Shown piece after piece: positions 49,901 through 60,697 of a DNA stretch of 64,000 bases. The stretch is from NCBI GenBank assembly GCA_963704725.1, contig OY969934.1, forward strand, positions 1,056,001 through 1,120,000, written 5' to 3'. The notes under the pieces were generated by a model. The model worked only from the letters and a program-made list of their open reading frames with translations, ran no database searches and was not told where the DNA came from. Numbering within the stretch: the stretch's first letter is position 1; each line of letters begins with the position of its first letter. Origin of the DNA: an uncultured Actinomycetes bacterium (GTDB taxonomy: Bacteria; Actinomycetota; UBA4738; HRBIN12). Position numbers and translations under genes: made by a program.

Positions 49901-50313
49901 GGTGGGTGGCGCAGGAGGCGCTCCGGCTCGACCTGTACCGGCGGATCGGCTCCGCGGCGGACCACGCCCGGCTGGCCGAGGTCCGTACGGAGACGATCGA
50001 TCGCTACGGGAGGCTCCCCGACGAGGTCGAGACGCTGTTCGCCGTGGCGTCGCTGCGGGTCACGTGCGACCGGCTCGGTGTGGAGGAGGTCACGACGTAT
50101 CGCCAACAGGTGCGCGTTCGCCCCGTCGAGCTCGAGCCCGCGCTCGAGATCGACCTGGCGCAGCGCGTCCCCGGCGCCACGTTCCACGCCACCACGCGAA
50201 CGCTGAACCTCGAGCCCGAGCGCGTCGCCGGGACCGAGCTGCCCGCGTGGGTCGAGGCCGGGATCCTGCGGGCGGCGGGGCTGGAGGAGGACGTTGCTAG
50301 GATGGCCGGGTGA
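46972..50313 (+). CDS. mfd: Transcription-repair coupling factor
   Basis: GDVGFGKTE, DEEQRFG, TATPIPRT, QLRGRVGR, TRCF C-terminus. Confidence 0.97.
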   Translation: MLGELLDALIGSDGFEAMLTERARPVLARADAGEDFVVSALARTLEAPVLVVAAGPREAEPLVRGSEAWLGPDRTAYLAPWEALPYEGIGPSPEVAAGRAQAIRRLRAADGAFVLVTTGLAAMQGLVPTLGTVEPIELATGTEIAPHELGDRLVALGYARTDVVERRGEFAVRGGVLDVFPGTSRRPVRIEYWGDAIESLREFAASSQLSSGPVQRVLVPPVRELIVDDAVRARAAELAPGHLDRFRDGLQRIADGLHVEGAESFAPLLFGELPTPAELLPKGSWVVLSQARRTADRARQAFDEAAALAEAIRWPGPAAMAPLDEALGTATQLHLTEFTEGIDLRITHWGTAQGNPAEVAKRAEELRGRGYRVVVAAGGRGSLERTREVLGSAAEEAIEAPLASGFVCAAGRLAVATEEDVFGARRHTRTAPRLTSRRQDAIAEELEIGDYAVHRVHGVARYAGIHRRAIGDAERDYMVLEYAQGDRLSVPTDSVGMVARYVGGDAPRLSRLGSSDWARATGRVKRAVKDMAGELVRLYSVRMSVQGHAFGPDTPWQTELEDAFPHVETGDQVTAIEEVKTDMARPKPMDRLICGDVGFGKTEIAVRAAFKAVMDGMQVAVLVPTTLLAEQHFITFSERFAPFPVKVAMLSRFVSKAEQDRIVADLKRGAVDVVIGTHRLLSRDIAFKDLGLLVVDEEQRFGVAHKERLKRLRAQVDVLTMTATPIPRTLEMALTGIRDMSTVDTPPEDRQPVLTYVGQYDEGLAVGAVRRELLREGQVFWVHNRVATIDRQAAWLQQQVPEARIVIAHGRMDEDVLERQMMRFWDRDADVLVCTVIIESGLDVPNANTLVVDSAHLLGLAQMYQLRGRVGRSTERAFAYFFFPPTRELTEEAHERLTTISRHQALGSGFQIALRDLEIRGAGNVLGAEQHGHIAAVGFDTYARLLQESVAEMRGEPLPEQKEIRIDLPVKAFVPPGWVAQEALRLDLYRRIGSAADHARLAEVRTETIDRYGRLPDEVETLFAVASLRVTCDRLGVEEVTTYRQQVRVRPVELEPALEIDLAQRVPGATFHATTRTLNLEPERVAGTELPAWVEAGILRAAGLEEDVARMAG

Positions 50314-51377
50314 CGCGCCCCCTCCTCCGCACCTGGTTGTCGCTCGCGCTCGTCGCGTTCGTGCTGGCCGCGTGTGGCGGGGGCGGCGGCGGGCTCACCG
50401 GCGCGCCGGCCGCCAGCGTCGGGGGCGTGGACATCTCCGACGAGCAGCTCACCGTCGACATGGTGGCGTTCCGCTTCCTCGTCGGCCTGTCCGGAAGCAG
50501 CTGCGGCACGCCGGCGGGTGGCGAGACCACCGATGCCGCCTGCGCGCGGTTCACGCTCACGAACGAGATCCAGGAGGAGATCGTGAAGGCGTACGCGGGC
50601 GCCCACGACCTCGCCGTCACGTCGGACGACGTGCAGGCGGCGATCGGACAGCTCGAGCAGAACCTCGGGGGCGCCGACGCGCTCGACGCGCAGCTCCACG
50701 ATGCCGGGCTCACGCGCGCGGAGCTGGTGGCGATCGCCGACCGGCTCGTCCTGTTCAACGTGGTCGAGCAGGCCGTGGCCGACGAGCAGCTGACCGACGC
50801 GGTCCTGCAGGGGATCTACGAGCAGGCCAAGGCGCAGTTCACCACGGTCGAGGTCTCGCACATCCTGCTCGACACGCGCCGGGAGGCGCAGGACGTTGCG
50901 GCGCAGGCCACGCCGGAGAACTTCGGTCGGCTCGCCAAGCAGCTCTCGACCGACGCGAACTCCGCCACCTCGGGCGGCAGCCTCGGCTCGTTCTCGGAGG
51001 CGCAGTTCCGGCAGCAGTTCGACCCCACGTTCGTCGAGGCCGCCCTGGCGCTGCAGCCGGGCGAGGTCTCCGGCGTCGTCCACACGCAGTTCGGCTACCA
51101 CGTGATCGAGCTCGTCCGCCGCGACGTGGCGAACTTCGACGACGTGCGCGACCAGCTCTCGTCGCAGCAGGCTCCACAGGTGTTCCAGACGTGGCTCCAG
51201 GGGCAGTACGACACGACCCAGATCGACGTGAACCCTCGGTACGGCAGGCTCGACGAGTCCACCGGCCAGGTCGTCCCGATCCGGAGCACCGAGGACACGC
51301 CCGGTCCGACGGGGGCCACCGGCGCCTCCGGCGCGACCGCGCACTTCACGGGGGCGACGGGCGCCACGGCTCCGTGA
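50310..51377 (+). CDS. PrsA/SurA-like parvulin PPIase lipoprotein
   Basis: LAAC lipobox, SHILL, GGSLG, TQFGYHVI, VNPRYG. Confidence 0.85.
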   Translation: MTRPLLRTWLSLALVAFVLAACGGGGGGLTGAPAASVGGVDISDEQLTVDMVAFRFLVGLSGSSCGTPAGGETTDAACARFTLTNEIQEEIVKAYAGAHDLAVTSDDVQAAIGQLEQNLGGADALDAQLHDAGLTRAELVAIADRLVLFNVVEQAVADEQLTDAVLQGIYEQAKAQFTTVEVSHILLDTRREAQDVAAQATPENFGRLAKQLSTDANSATSGGSLGSFSEAQFRQQFDPTFVEAALALQPGEVSGVVHTQFGYHVIELVRRDVANFDDVRDQLSSQQAPQVFQTWLQGQYDTTQIDVNPRYGRLDESTGQVVPIRSTEDTPGPTGATGASGATAHFTGATGATAP

Positions 51378-52177
51378 CCGACGATCCGCTCGAGCACGTT
51401 CCTGCGGGACCCGTTCCGTCCTCGCGCGGCGGTGAGCGGCTCCTGGACCTGGTGCGGGTGATGGCGCGCCTGCGGGGCCCGGACGGCTGTCCGTGGGACC
51501 GCGAGCAGGACCACCGCTCGCTGGCTCGATACCTCCTGGAGGAAACGCACGAGGCGCTCGACGCGATCGACGCCGGGGACCGCGAGCTCCTACGCGAGGA
51601 GCTCGGCGACGTCCTGTTGCAGGTCGTGTTCCACGCCCAGATGGCCGCCGACGACGGCGCGTGGGACGTCGACGACGTGGCGGAGGGCATCGTCCGCAAG
51701 CTGATCCGCCGTCACCCGCACGTGTTCGGCGAGCTCGAGGTCTCGGGCGCGGACGAGGTCCTCGTCAACTGGGAGCGGATCAAGGTGCAGGAGAAGGGCC
51801 CCGGCGCGCTCGAGGACGACATCCCGCAGACGCTCCCCGCTCTGGCCAGAGCGGCGAAGGTCCAGCGCCGGGCGGGCGGACGGGGATTCGAGTGGCGCTC
51901 GGTCGGCTCGGCGATGCAGGCCCTCCGTGAGGAGGTGGAGGAGCTCGAGTCGCACACGAGCCCGGACAACGCCGAGGAGGAGATCGGCGACGTCCTGTTC
52001 GCCACCGTCTCGGTCGCGCGCAAGCTCGGCGTCGACGCCGAGAGCGCGCTGCGACGGACGATCCGCGGCTTCGCGGAGCGCTACGAGCGGTTCACCGCGC
52101 TCGTCCGGGAGCGGGGGCTCGACCTCGACACGATGGACGAGGTGGAGATCCGCGAGCTCTTCCGCCGGGCCCGATGA
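51374..52177 (+). CDS. mazG: Nucleoside triphosphate pyrophosphohydrolase
   Basis: GCPWDREQ, EELGDVLLQVVFH, KLIRRHPHVF. Confidence 0.93.
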   Translation: MTDDPLEHVPAGPVPSSRGGERLLDLVRVMARLRGPDGCPWDREQDHRSLARYLLEETHEALDAIDAGDRELLREELGDVLLQVVFHAQMAADDGAWDVDDVAEGIVRKLIRRHPHVFGELEVSGADEVLVNWERIKVQEKGPGALEDDIPQTLPALARAAKVQRRAGGRGFEWRSVGSAMQALREEVEELESHTSPDNAEEEIGDVLFATVSVARKLGVDAESALRRTIRGFAERYERFTALVRERGLDLDTMDEVEIRELFRRAR

Positions 52178-52953
52178 TCCCGGCGGAGGAGGCGGCCCGG
52201 ATCCGGTCGTTCCTGCACGAGCTGCAGGAGCGGTGCTCGACGCGGACCGAGGGCACGGCGTTCGGCACGGCGTACCTGCACGCGGACTTCCCGCTCCGGT
52301 ACGACTCGAACTTCGTGTGGGTGGATCGACCGGTCGCCGGCGTCGACGCCGACGCGCTGGCGGCCGACGCCGACCGGGTGCTGGGCGAGGTGCCGCTCGG
52401 GCACCGCCGGGTCACGCTGGACGACGACGAGCAGGGGCGCCGGCTCGCCCCCGAATTCGTCGAGCTGGGCTGGTCGGCGGAGCGGCTCGTGGTCATGCGC
52501 CGAGTGCAACAGACCGAGCGGCGAGTGCGGACGGTCGTCCGCGAGACCGGGTTCGACGGTGCGCGGCCCATCCTGGACGAGGTGCTCAGGAGGCGGTCCC
52601 GCGCGCAGGACGAGGAGGAGCGTCGCCAGCTCGCGGAGTTCCGCGCCGTGCTCGAGCGCGAGGCCGGCGCGCGGTTCTTCCTCGCCGAGATCGATGGAGC
52701 GCCGGCAAGCGTCTGCGAGCTCTACCGGATCGGTTCGGTGGCGCAGATCGAGGACGTGAGCACGCTCGAGGAGCATCGCGGCCGGGGGCTCGCGAGCGCC
52801 GTCGTGCTCGCCGCCGCGGCCGCCGCTCGCGACCGGGGATGCGACCTGGTCTTCCTGATCGCCGAGGACGCCGACTGGCCGAAGGAGCTCTACGGGCGGC
52901 TGGGGTTCGAGCCCGTGGCGTGGTCCTGGTCCTTCCTACGGGTCCCTGCCTGA
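52174..52953 (+). CDS. GNAT acetyltransferase
   Basis: HRGRGLAS, LYGRLGF. Confidence 0.85.
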   Translation: MIPAEEAARIRSFLHELQERCSTRTEGTAFGTAYLHADFPLRYDSNFVWVDRPVAGVDADALAADADRVLGEVPLGHRRVTLDDDEQGRRLAPEFVELGWSAERLVVMRRVQQTERRVRTVVRETGFDGARPILDEVLRRRSRAQDEEERRQLAEFRAVLEREAGARFFLAEIDGAPASVCELYRIGSVAQIEDVSTLEEHRGRGLASAVVLAAAAAARDRGCDLVFLIAEDADWPKELYGRLGFEPVAWSWSFLRVPA

Positions 52954-52972
52954 CGGGCGCGCTCGGGCCCGC

Positions 52973-53611
52973 TCAGCGCGCGTACACCGCCAGGTCCCAG
53001 ACCAGGGCGCGTCGCTCCCGGCGGAGGGGCTCGAAGCCCGCGGCTCGGACGCGCTCGTCCATCGGGCCGATGTCGTGGATGAAGGCTCGATAGCTGCCGA
53101 ACTTGGCGGGACGCAGGCGGCGGAGCCGGTTCCCCAGATCGGTCTCCGCGCGGGCTACGCGGCCGGCGAACCCGGTGGACGGGGGGATGGTGAACGCATA
53201 CACGGACCCGGCGGCGTCGAGCGATCGCTCGAGCAGGGCGCTCACGTCGGGGTAGCAGCAGAACACGCGGTTCAGGACCACGACGTCGGCGTTCGGCAGG
53301 CGGACCCGTGCGCCGTCGCCCACCTCGAACGTCGTCCGCTCGCCGACACCACGCTCGACGGCCAGCCGGCGGGCTTCCAGGATCGCGCGCCCCGACAGGT
53401 CGTAGCCGAACGCCCGGCTCGCGCCCCGGCGCACGGCCTCGATCGCGAGCGTCCCGACGCCGCATCCGAGCTCCAGGACCGATCGGTCCGCGACGCCGGC
53501 CTCCTCGACCGCCCCGAGCAAGGACGAGCTCACCCCCGTGAGGCCCTTCCTCCGCGCCGAACGCGCCCAACCGCCGGCCAGGTCGTCGAAGCAGCAACGC
53601 TCGCCGTCCAC
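52973..53611 (-). CDS. Class I SAM-dependent methyltransferase
   Basis: LELGCGVG, GYDLS, LNRVFCCYPD. Confidence 0.85.
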   Translation of the reverse strand: MDGERCCFDDLAGGWARSARRKGLTGVSSSLLGAVEEAGVADRSVLELGCGVGTLAIEAVRRGASRAFGYDLSGRAILEARRLAVERGVGERTTFEVGDGARVRLPNADVVVLNRVFCCYPDVSALLERSLDAAGSVYAFTIPPSTGFAGRVARAETDLGNRLRRLRPAKFGSYRAFIHDIGPMDERVRAAGFEPLRRERRALVWDLAVYAR

Positions 53612-53768
53612 GCGCGCAGCGTAACCGCTTGCCGGGGGACCCCTGCCGTTCGGCCTCCCCTGACCCGCCATCCGACCCATCGGGCGCACCGACCCCGGGA
53701 AACCCGTCCGTCGGTGGACTTGAGTCGGAGGGGGGTACCGGCCGATAACCCCTTCGGATGGTCTGGGC

Positions 53769-54896
53769 GTGACCCGCCGGCATCAGGCGGGTCGAGCGGA
53801 TCGGATGAGGGAGACGATGGTAGCGGTGCAGCTCCGGCGGCGTTCGGTCGGGCGGCAGGACCCCCTCAGCAGGGAGGCCCTGTTCCGCCAGGTCGGGGCG
53901 CTCGTCGGCGCCGTGCTCCTGGGGTTCCTGTCCATGGCCGTTCGCGAGGTGGGCGCCGATCGTACGGGCCTGCTCGTGCAGGCCTCCACCGCCACGGCGG
54001 CCACGGTCGTCGTGGTCCTCCTGCTTCCCTGGCACCGGATGCCGAACGTGGTCCATATGCTCGTGCCGTTCGTCTATCTGGCGGTGGCGTACCTGGCCCG
54101 AGAGGCGACCGGCGGCGCCCAATCGGCGTACGCGCAGCTCGCGCTCCTGCCCATCTTCTGGGTGGCCGTCTACGGGAGCCGGGCGGAGCTGGCGGGGATC
54201 ATCCTGGGCGCGGCGACGCTCCTGTCGATGCCGCTGTTCGGACACGGCGCCACCGACCAGGAGTGGGTCCGCACCCTCACCACCCTGCTCGGTGGGAGCA
54301 TCGTGGCGTTCGTCGTCCACCGGTTCTTCAACCTGATCCGTCACCAGACGAGCCGGCTGCAGATCTTCGCCGGCACCGATCCGCTGACCGGCGCCGCGAA
54401 CCGCAGGGCCTGGGACGAGGAGCTGGCGACCGCGCTCATCCGCGCCGAGCGGGAAGAGCTGCCCCTGTCGATGGCCATCATCGACCTCGACGACTTCAAG
54501 GGCTTCAACGACCGTCACGGCCACCAGGCCGGCGACCGTCTCCTGAAGGAGGCGGCGGCCGCGTGGCGCAGCATCCTTCGAGCCAGCGACGTCTTGTCCC
54601 GGATCGGTGGGGACGAGTTCGCCATCCTGCTGCCCGGTTGCGGGCTCGACATGGCCGCGACGATCGCCGACCGTCTCCGCAGCGCGGTTCCGCCCTCCGC
54701 GGGCTGCTCGGTGGGCGTGGCGGTGTGGAACGGGCAGGAGAGCGCGCTCGGGTTCATGGCCCGGACCGACGGGGCGCTGTACGACGCGAAGGACCGCGGT
54801 CGTGACCGGGTCGTGATCACGTCCGACGACGGCGTGCGCGTCGAGGTGGGCGGGCACCGCCCGGCGCCGTCGCGCCGGCGCGACGAGCGCGTCTAG
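53769..54896 (+). CDS. Membrane diguanylate cyclase (GGDEF)
   Basis: About 6 TMs; DPLTG..NRR, RASD I-site, RIGGDEF; start uncertain. Confidence 0.9.
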   Translation: MTRRHQAGRADRMRETMVAVQLRRRSVGRQDPLSREALFRQVGALVGAVLLGFLSMAVREVGADRTGLLVQASTATAATVVVVLLLPWHRMPNVVHMLVPFVYLAVAYLAREATGGAQSAYAQLALLPIFWVAVYGSRAELAGIILGAATLLSMPLFGHGATDQEWVRTLTTLLGGSIVAFVVHRFFNLIRHQTSRLQIFAGTDPLTGAANRRAWDEELATALIRAEREELPLSMAIIDLDDFKGFNDRHGHQAGDRLLKEAAAAWRSILRASDVLSRIGGDEFAILLPGCGLDMAATIADRLRSAVPPSAGCSVGVAVWNGQESALGFMARTDGALYDAKDRGRDRVVITSDDGVRVEVGGHRPAPSRRRDERV

Positions 54897-56545
<1,649 letters not shown>

Positions 56546-56646
56546 GCCGGGCCCCCGTCGAGAGGGCGTATTGACGCGCAATTCGGGCCGATGGGAGACT
56601 GACTCTCCCGCGGCGGAGGCGCCCGAGGGGAACCGAGGAGGAGACA

Positions 56647-57009
56647 CTGGCAGATCTCGAGGTCGGGGCGGTCATCGACGGGACCGTCTCGCGCATCACC
56701 CCCTACGGCGCCTTCCTCACCCTCGAGGGCGGCAAGGTCGGTCTCGTGCACATCTCCGAGATCGATCGCAACTACGTCAAGGACGTCCACGACCACCTCC
56801 GCGAGACCGACGTCGTCCAGGCCAAGGTCATCGCCATCAAGGAGGACGGCAAGATCGACCTCTCGATCAAGGCCCTCCAGGACCCCGCCCCGCCCCGGCC
56901 CCGACGCGGCGCGGACCCCGACTTCGAGGCCCGGCTGAAGCGGTTCATGCGACAGAGCGAGGAGCGCCAGGTCGACTTCAAGCGCTCCGTCGAGCACAAG
57001 CGCAAGTAA
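56647..57009 (+). CDS. S1 RNA-binding protein (YabR/YugI-like), CTG start
   Basis: GAGGAGG SD then CTG; ITPYGAF, GLVHISEI, IDLSIK, FE..LKRF...SEER. Confidence 0.85.
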   Translation: MADLEVGAVIDGTVSRITPYGAFLTLEGGKVGLVHISEIDRNYVKDVHDHLRETDVVQAKVIAIKEDGKIDLSIKALQDPAPPRPRRGADPDFEARLKRFMRQSEERQVDFKRSVEHKRK

Positions 57010-57054
57010 CGCCCTCCGTGGGGCTCAAGCGGCGTAGCGGTAGCCCGGGCTGAG

Positions 57055-58440
57055 ATGGGCGAGCTCCGGGGCAGCGACCTGCCCGTCGTCCGCGAGCAGC
57101 TCGGCCGCGATCCGACCATCCCGTTCACCGTCGTGGCCCGGTGCGCGGACGGCCATCCGCTGGTGATCCGCAACGCCCCGTTCGATCCGCAGGGTCACCC
57201 CTTCCCCACGCTCTTCTGGCTCACCTGCCCGTCGGCGGTCAGGGCCGTCTCCCGGGTCGAGGCCGGGGGAGCGATCGCCGAGGTGAATGCGCGCGCCGTC
57301 GGCGATCCGGCCTTCGCCGCGACGCTCGGCGCCGCTCACGCCGCCTACGCTCGGGAGCGGGCCCGGGGACACCCGGACGCGGAGGACCACGGAGGGGTGG
57401 GCGGGGCGCGGACCGGCGTGAAGTGCCTGCACGCGCACTACGCGAACCATCTCGCCGGCGGGCAGGACCCGGTCGGGGCGTGGACCGCCGAGCGCGTCGA
57501 GCCGATCCACGCCGAACGGGGCGACCGCTTCGCGGTGATCGACCAGGGGACGAACTCGGTGCGTCTCCTCGTGGCCGAGCCGGACGGCGAGGGCGCGCTC
57601 CGCGAGCTGGCGAGGGACATGGTGATCACGCGGCTCGGCGAGGGCGTCGACCGCACCGGCCGCCTCGCTCCGGCCGCGTTGGGACGGACGGTGGAGGTGC
57701 TCGCGACGTACGGCCGCCGGGCCCGGGCCCTGCACGCCCGGCGGGTCCGCGTGGCCGCCACCGCCGCCGTGCGGGACGCCGCCGACCGCGACGAGCTCGA
57801 GGCGGCGGTGCTCGAGCACGCCGGCTCTGCCCTGGAGGTGATCGGCGGCGAGCGCGAGGCCGAGCTGTCGTTCCTCGGGGCGACCCGCGGGCTCGAGGCG
57901 CCGGCGCCGTTCCTCGTGCTCGACATCGGAGGAGGATCGACCGAGGTCGCGGTGGGCTCGGATCGGCCCGAACGCACCGTCTCGGTTCAGATGGGCAACG
58001 TCCGGCTCACCGAGCGGTTCGTCCGGCGCGATCCGCCCGAGGCCGGAGAGCTCGAGGCGATGGGTGCGTTCGCCCTCGAGCGCCTCGAGGAGGTGGCGGC
58101 CGCGGTCGCGGTGGGCCGGGCGCGGACGCTCGTGGTGGTGGCCGGCACGTCGACCACGGTGCAGGCGATCTCGCTCGGGCTCGCGTTCTACGACCCCGAA
58201 CGGATCCACCGCACGCGGCTGTCGCTCGCCGAGGCGGAGCGGATCCTCGGCGACCTAGCGCTGATGACCACGCCGGAGCGCTCCGCGCTGCCGGTCATGG
58301 CGCCGGGGCGGGGCGACGTGGTCGTCGCCGGGGCGGTGATCCTCGTGACCGCGATGCGGCGGTTCGGGTTCGAGTCGGCGCTCGTGTCCGAGACCGACAT
58401 CCTCGACGGCCTGGCGTTCGAGTCCCTCGAGAGCCTGTAA
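57055..58440 (+). CDS. DUF501 + Ppx/GppA phosphatase fusion
   Basis: PFPTLFWLTCP and GVGG...VKCLHAH fused to IDQGTNSVRL, DIGGGSTE, ETDILDG. Confidence 0.88.
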   Translation: MGELRGSDLPVVREQLGRDPTIPFTVVARCADGHPLVIRNAPFDPQGHPFPTLFWLTCPSAVRAVSRVEAGGAIAEVNARAVGDPAFAATLGAAHAAYARERARGHPDAEDHGGVGGARTGVKCLHAHYANHLAGGQDPVGAWTAERVEPIHAERGDRFAVIDQGTNSVRLLVAEPDGEGALRELARDMVITRLGEGVDRTGRLAPAALGRTVEVLATYGRRARALHARRVRVAATAAVRDAADRDELEAAVLEHAGSALEVIGGEREAELSFLGATRGLEAPAPFLVLDIGGGSTEVAVGSDRPERTVSVQMGNVRLTERFVRRDPPEAGELEAMGAFALERLEEVAAAVAVGRARTLVVVAGTSTTVQAISLGLAFYDPERIHRTRLSLAEAERILGDLALMTTPERSALPVMAPGRGDVVVAGAVILVTAMRRFGFESALVSETDILDGLAFESLESL

Positions 58441-58451
58441 CCTCAATCGCC

Positions 58452-59354
58452 GTGCCCAAGCGCACCCGCAATCGAGAGCTCGCGCGCCTCGCCGCGCGCC
58501 GCCAGGCGGAGCGACGCTCCCGCCAGCGCCGGCGCCAGGTGGTCACGATCGTCGTGGCCCTCGCCGTCGCGCTGGGAGGCGGCGCGGGGGTCTTCATCGC
58601 GCTCACCGGGGGGAGCGAGACGCCCGCCGCCACCTCCGGCCCGTCGGGCCCGAGCGGCGCCTCGGGAGCCTCCGGGCCGACCGCGAGCGCGACCCCGTCG
58701 GGCGATCCCGGGACGAAGACGGGCACCGTCGACCCGTCGCCCGGTCCTGAACGGGTGGCGTGCGGCGGCGAGGTGCCGCCGGGTGCCCTCAAACCGAAGC
58801 CGCAGTTCAACGCGCCCGCCGACGTCCTGAAGGCGAACCGGACCTACACGGCCACGTTCCACACGTCGTGCGGTGACATCGTGATCGAGCTCCTCGCCGA
58901 TCGGGCGCCCCAGACGGTGAACAGCTTCGTGTTCCTCGCCCAGCACGGCTTCTTCGACGCCAGCCGGATCCACCGGCTCGACACGTCGATCGACGTCATC
59001 CAGGGCGGCGATCCCACGGGGACGGGGACCGGAAGCCCCGGGTACGTGCTCCCGGACGAGCTGACCGGCGACGAGAGCTACGTCCCGGGCACGCTCGCCA
59101 TGGCCAACGGGGGGCCGAACACCGGGGGCAGCCAGTTCTTCCTGATCACAGGGCCCAAGGGCACGAACCTGGACGCGAACCCCGCGTACACGATCTTCGG
59201 CCGGGTCGTCGAGGGACTCGACGTCGCGCAGCGGATCCAGGCGCTGCCCATCCGGGATCCGAACGCCGCCTCCGCCGGAGACCTGACGGGGCAGCAGCCC
59301 CAGCAGGCCGTCTACCTCGAGACGGTCACGATCTCCTCGAAGCCCACCCGCTGA
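58452..59354 (+). CDS. Membrane-anchored cyclophilin PPIase
   Basis: AP.TVNSF, IQGGDPTG.G.G, GTLAMAN, GSQFF, YTIFG. Confidence 0.9.
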   Translation: MPKRTRNRELARLAARRQAERRSRQRRRQVVTIVVALAVALGGGAGVFIALTGGSETPAATSGPSGPSGASGASGPTASATPSGDPGTKTGTVDPSPGPERVACGGEVPPGALKPKPQFNAPADVLKANRTYTATFHTSCGDIVIELLADRAPQTVNSFVFLAQHGFFDASRIHRLDTSIDVIQGGDPTGTGTGSPGYVLPDELTGDESYVPGTLAMANGGPNTGGSQFFLITGPKGTNLDANPAYTIFGRVVEGLDVAQRIQALPIRDPNAASAGDLTGQQPQQAVYLETVTISSKPTR

Positions 59355-59394
59355 CACCGGTCACGCCCGGTCCCACCCGGGCTCGCCGCGACCT

Positions 59395-59421
59395 CGAGTG
59401 ATATCATCGTGATATCACTCG
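59395..59421. promoter_or_regulatory. Palindromic operator before the SPFH-RHH operon
   Basis: CGAGTGATATCA-TCG-TGATATCACTCG perfect 12-bp arms. Confidence 0.7.
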
Positions 59422-59435
59422 GGCAGGAGGGAACC

Positions 59436-60344
59436 ATGGAACGTCGTATCGAGGAGCGGCCGGGCTGGTGCTACGCGGGTCCGCTCGCGCTGGCCGTCGT
59501 CGTCGTGGTCGCGGCGATCGGGGGATGGTTGATATGGGCCGGGATCGCCGGCGCGGCGAGCTCACCCGTCTCCGTGGCCGAGGTGGTGGCGATCGTGGGA
59601 GGGTTCCTCGTCGTCGGGCTCGCCGCCGCACTGTGCCTGGGCTTCTTCATCGTGCAGCCGAACCAGGCCAACGTGCTGATCATGCTGGGCCGGTACATCG
59701 GGACGCAGCGCACCCCGGGCTGGTTCTGGACGAGCCCGTTCACGATCGGATCCCGGCGGAAGGTGTCACTGCGGATCCGCAACTTCGACACGCAGAAGGT
59801 CAAGGTCAACGATCAGCGGGGCAACCCGGTCGAGATCGCGGCCGTCGTCGCCTGGCGGGTGGTCGACACGGCCCGCGCCGTCTTCGATGTCGACGACTTC
59901 GAGCACTTCGTGGCGATCCAGAGCGAGACCGCAGTCCGCCACCTCGCCACGCTGTACCCGTACGACAGCTACGAGGAGGGCGGGCTCTCGCTCTCGGGCA
60001 ACGTCGACGAGGTCTCGAGCACGCTCCAGGAGGAGCTGAAGGACCGGCTGGCGCACGCCGGCGTCGAGGTCGTCGAGACCCGCCTGTCGCATCTGTCCTA
60101 CGCGCCCGAGATCGCCGGCGCGATGCTCCGGCGGCAGCAGGCCACGGCCATCGTGGCCGCGCGGCAGAAGATGGTCGAGGGCGCCGTCGGCATGGTCGAC
60201 ATGGCGCTGAACATGCTTGCGGAGGAGCACATCGTTGAGCTCGACGAGGAGCGCAAGGCCGCGATGGTCTCGAACCTCCTCGTGGTGCTCACCGGCGAAC
60301 AGGGAGCTCAGCCCGTGCTGAACGCCGGCTCCCTGTACCAGTAG
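59436..60344 (+). CDS. SPFH/Band 7 domain protein
   Basis: [43 protein letters not shown]. Confidence 0.9.
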   Translation: MERRIEERPGWCYAGPLALAVVVVVAAIGGWLIWAGIAGAASSPVSVAEVVAIVGGFLVVGLAAALCLGFFIVQPNQANVLIMLGRYIGTQRTPGWFWTSPFTIGSRRKVSLRIRNFDTQKVKVNDQRGNPVEIAAVVAWRVVDTARAVFDVDDFEHFVAIQSETAVRHLATLYPYDSYEEGGLSLSGNVDEVSSTLQEELKDRLAHAGVEVVETRLSHLSYAPEIAGAMLRRQQATAIVAARQKMVEGAVGMVDMALNMLAEEHIVELDEERKAAMVSNLLVVLTGEQGAQPVLNAGSLYQ

Positions 60345-60348
60345 GCGA

Positions 60349-60528
60349 GTGGCGGAGCGCAAGGCCTTCCCGCTGCGGATCAGCCCCGAGCTCTACGCCG
60401 CCCTGGAGCGTTGGGCGGCCGACGATCTCCGGAGCGTGAACGCCCAGATCGAGTTCCTGCTCGCCGAGGCCGTCCGCCGGGCCGGCCGCCACCGGCGTTC
60501 GAAGGCGCGGCCCTCCGCGGGCGCCTAG
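60349..60528 (+). CDS. Arc-like ribbon-helix-helix DNA-binding protein (59 aa)
   Basis: [36 protein letters not shown]; below the ORF-track cutoff. Confidence 0.85.
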   Translation: MAERKAFPLRISPELYAALERWAADDLRSVNAQIEFLLAEAVRRAGRHRRSKARPSAGA

Positions 60529-60542
60529 AATCGCGCAACCCA

Positions 60543-60629
60543 GCCCGGGTGGCGAAATCGGGTAGCCGCGGCAGGCTTAAACCCTGCCGGTCCTTTCGGG
60601 CCATGTGGGTTCGAATCCCACCCCGGGCA
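60543..60629 (+). tRNA. tRNA-Leu(TAA)
   Basis: GCCCGGG/CCCGGGC acceptor, GCAGG-CTTAAAC-CCTGC anticodon arm, long variable arm, GGTTCGAATCC. Confidence 0.92.
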
Positions 60630-60650
60630 CGAGCCATCGCCGCAGCGCTC

Positions 60651-60682
60651 GGTCCTGCGCCCCACGGGCGGGGCGCAGGACC
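60651..60682. terminator. Hairpin between tRNA-Leu and convergent galM
   Basis: GGTCCTGCGCCCC-N6-GGGGCGCAGGACC. Confidence 0.65.
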
Positions 60683-60697
60683 TTCGAGCGCGTTCGC

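Noticed and set aside
47175-50300. Very long alternative-frame and antisense ORFs (e.g. 1041 aa over mfd, 1047 aa at 52890-56033, 895 aa at 32297-34984)
   Set aside because: Arg/Gly/Pro-rich shadow ORFs expected from high GC3 bias; they overlap well-supported genes.
51300-51373. Gly-x-x repeats in the PrsA tail and the cyclophilin linker (~58630-58700)
   Set aside because: Short low-complexity linkers, too brief to be collagen domains.
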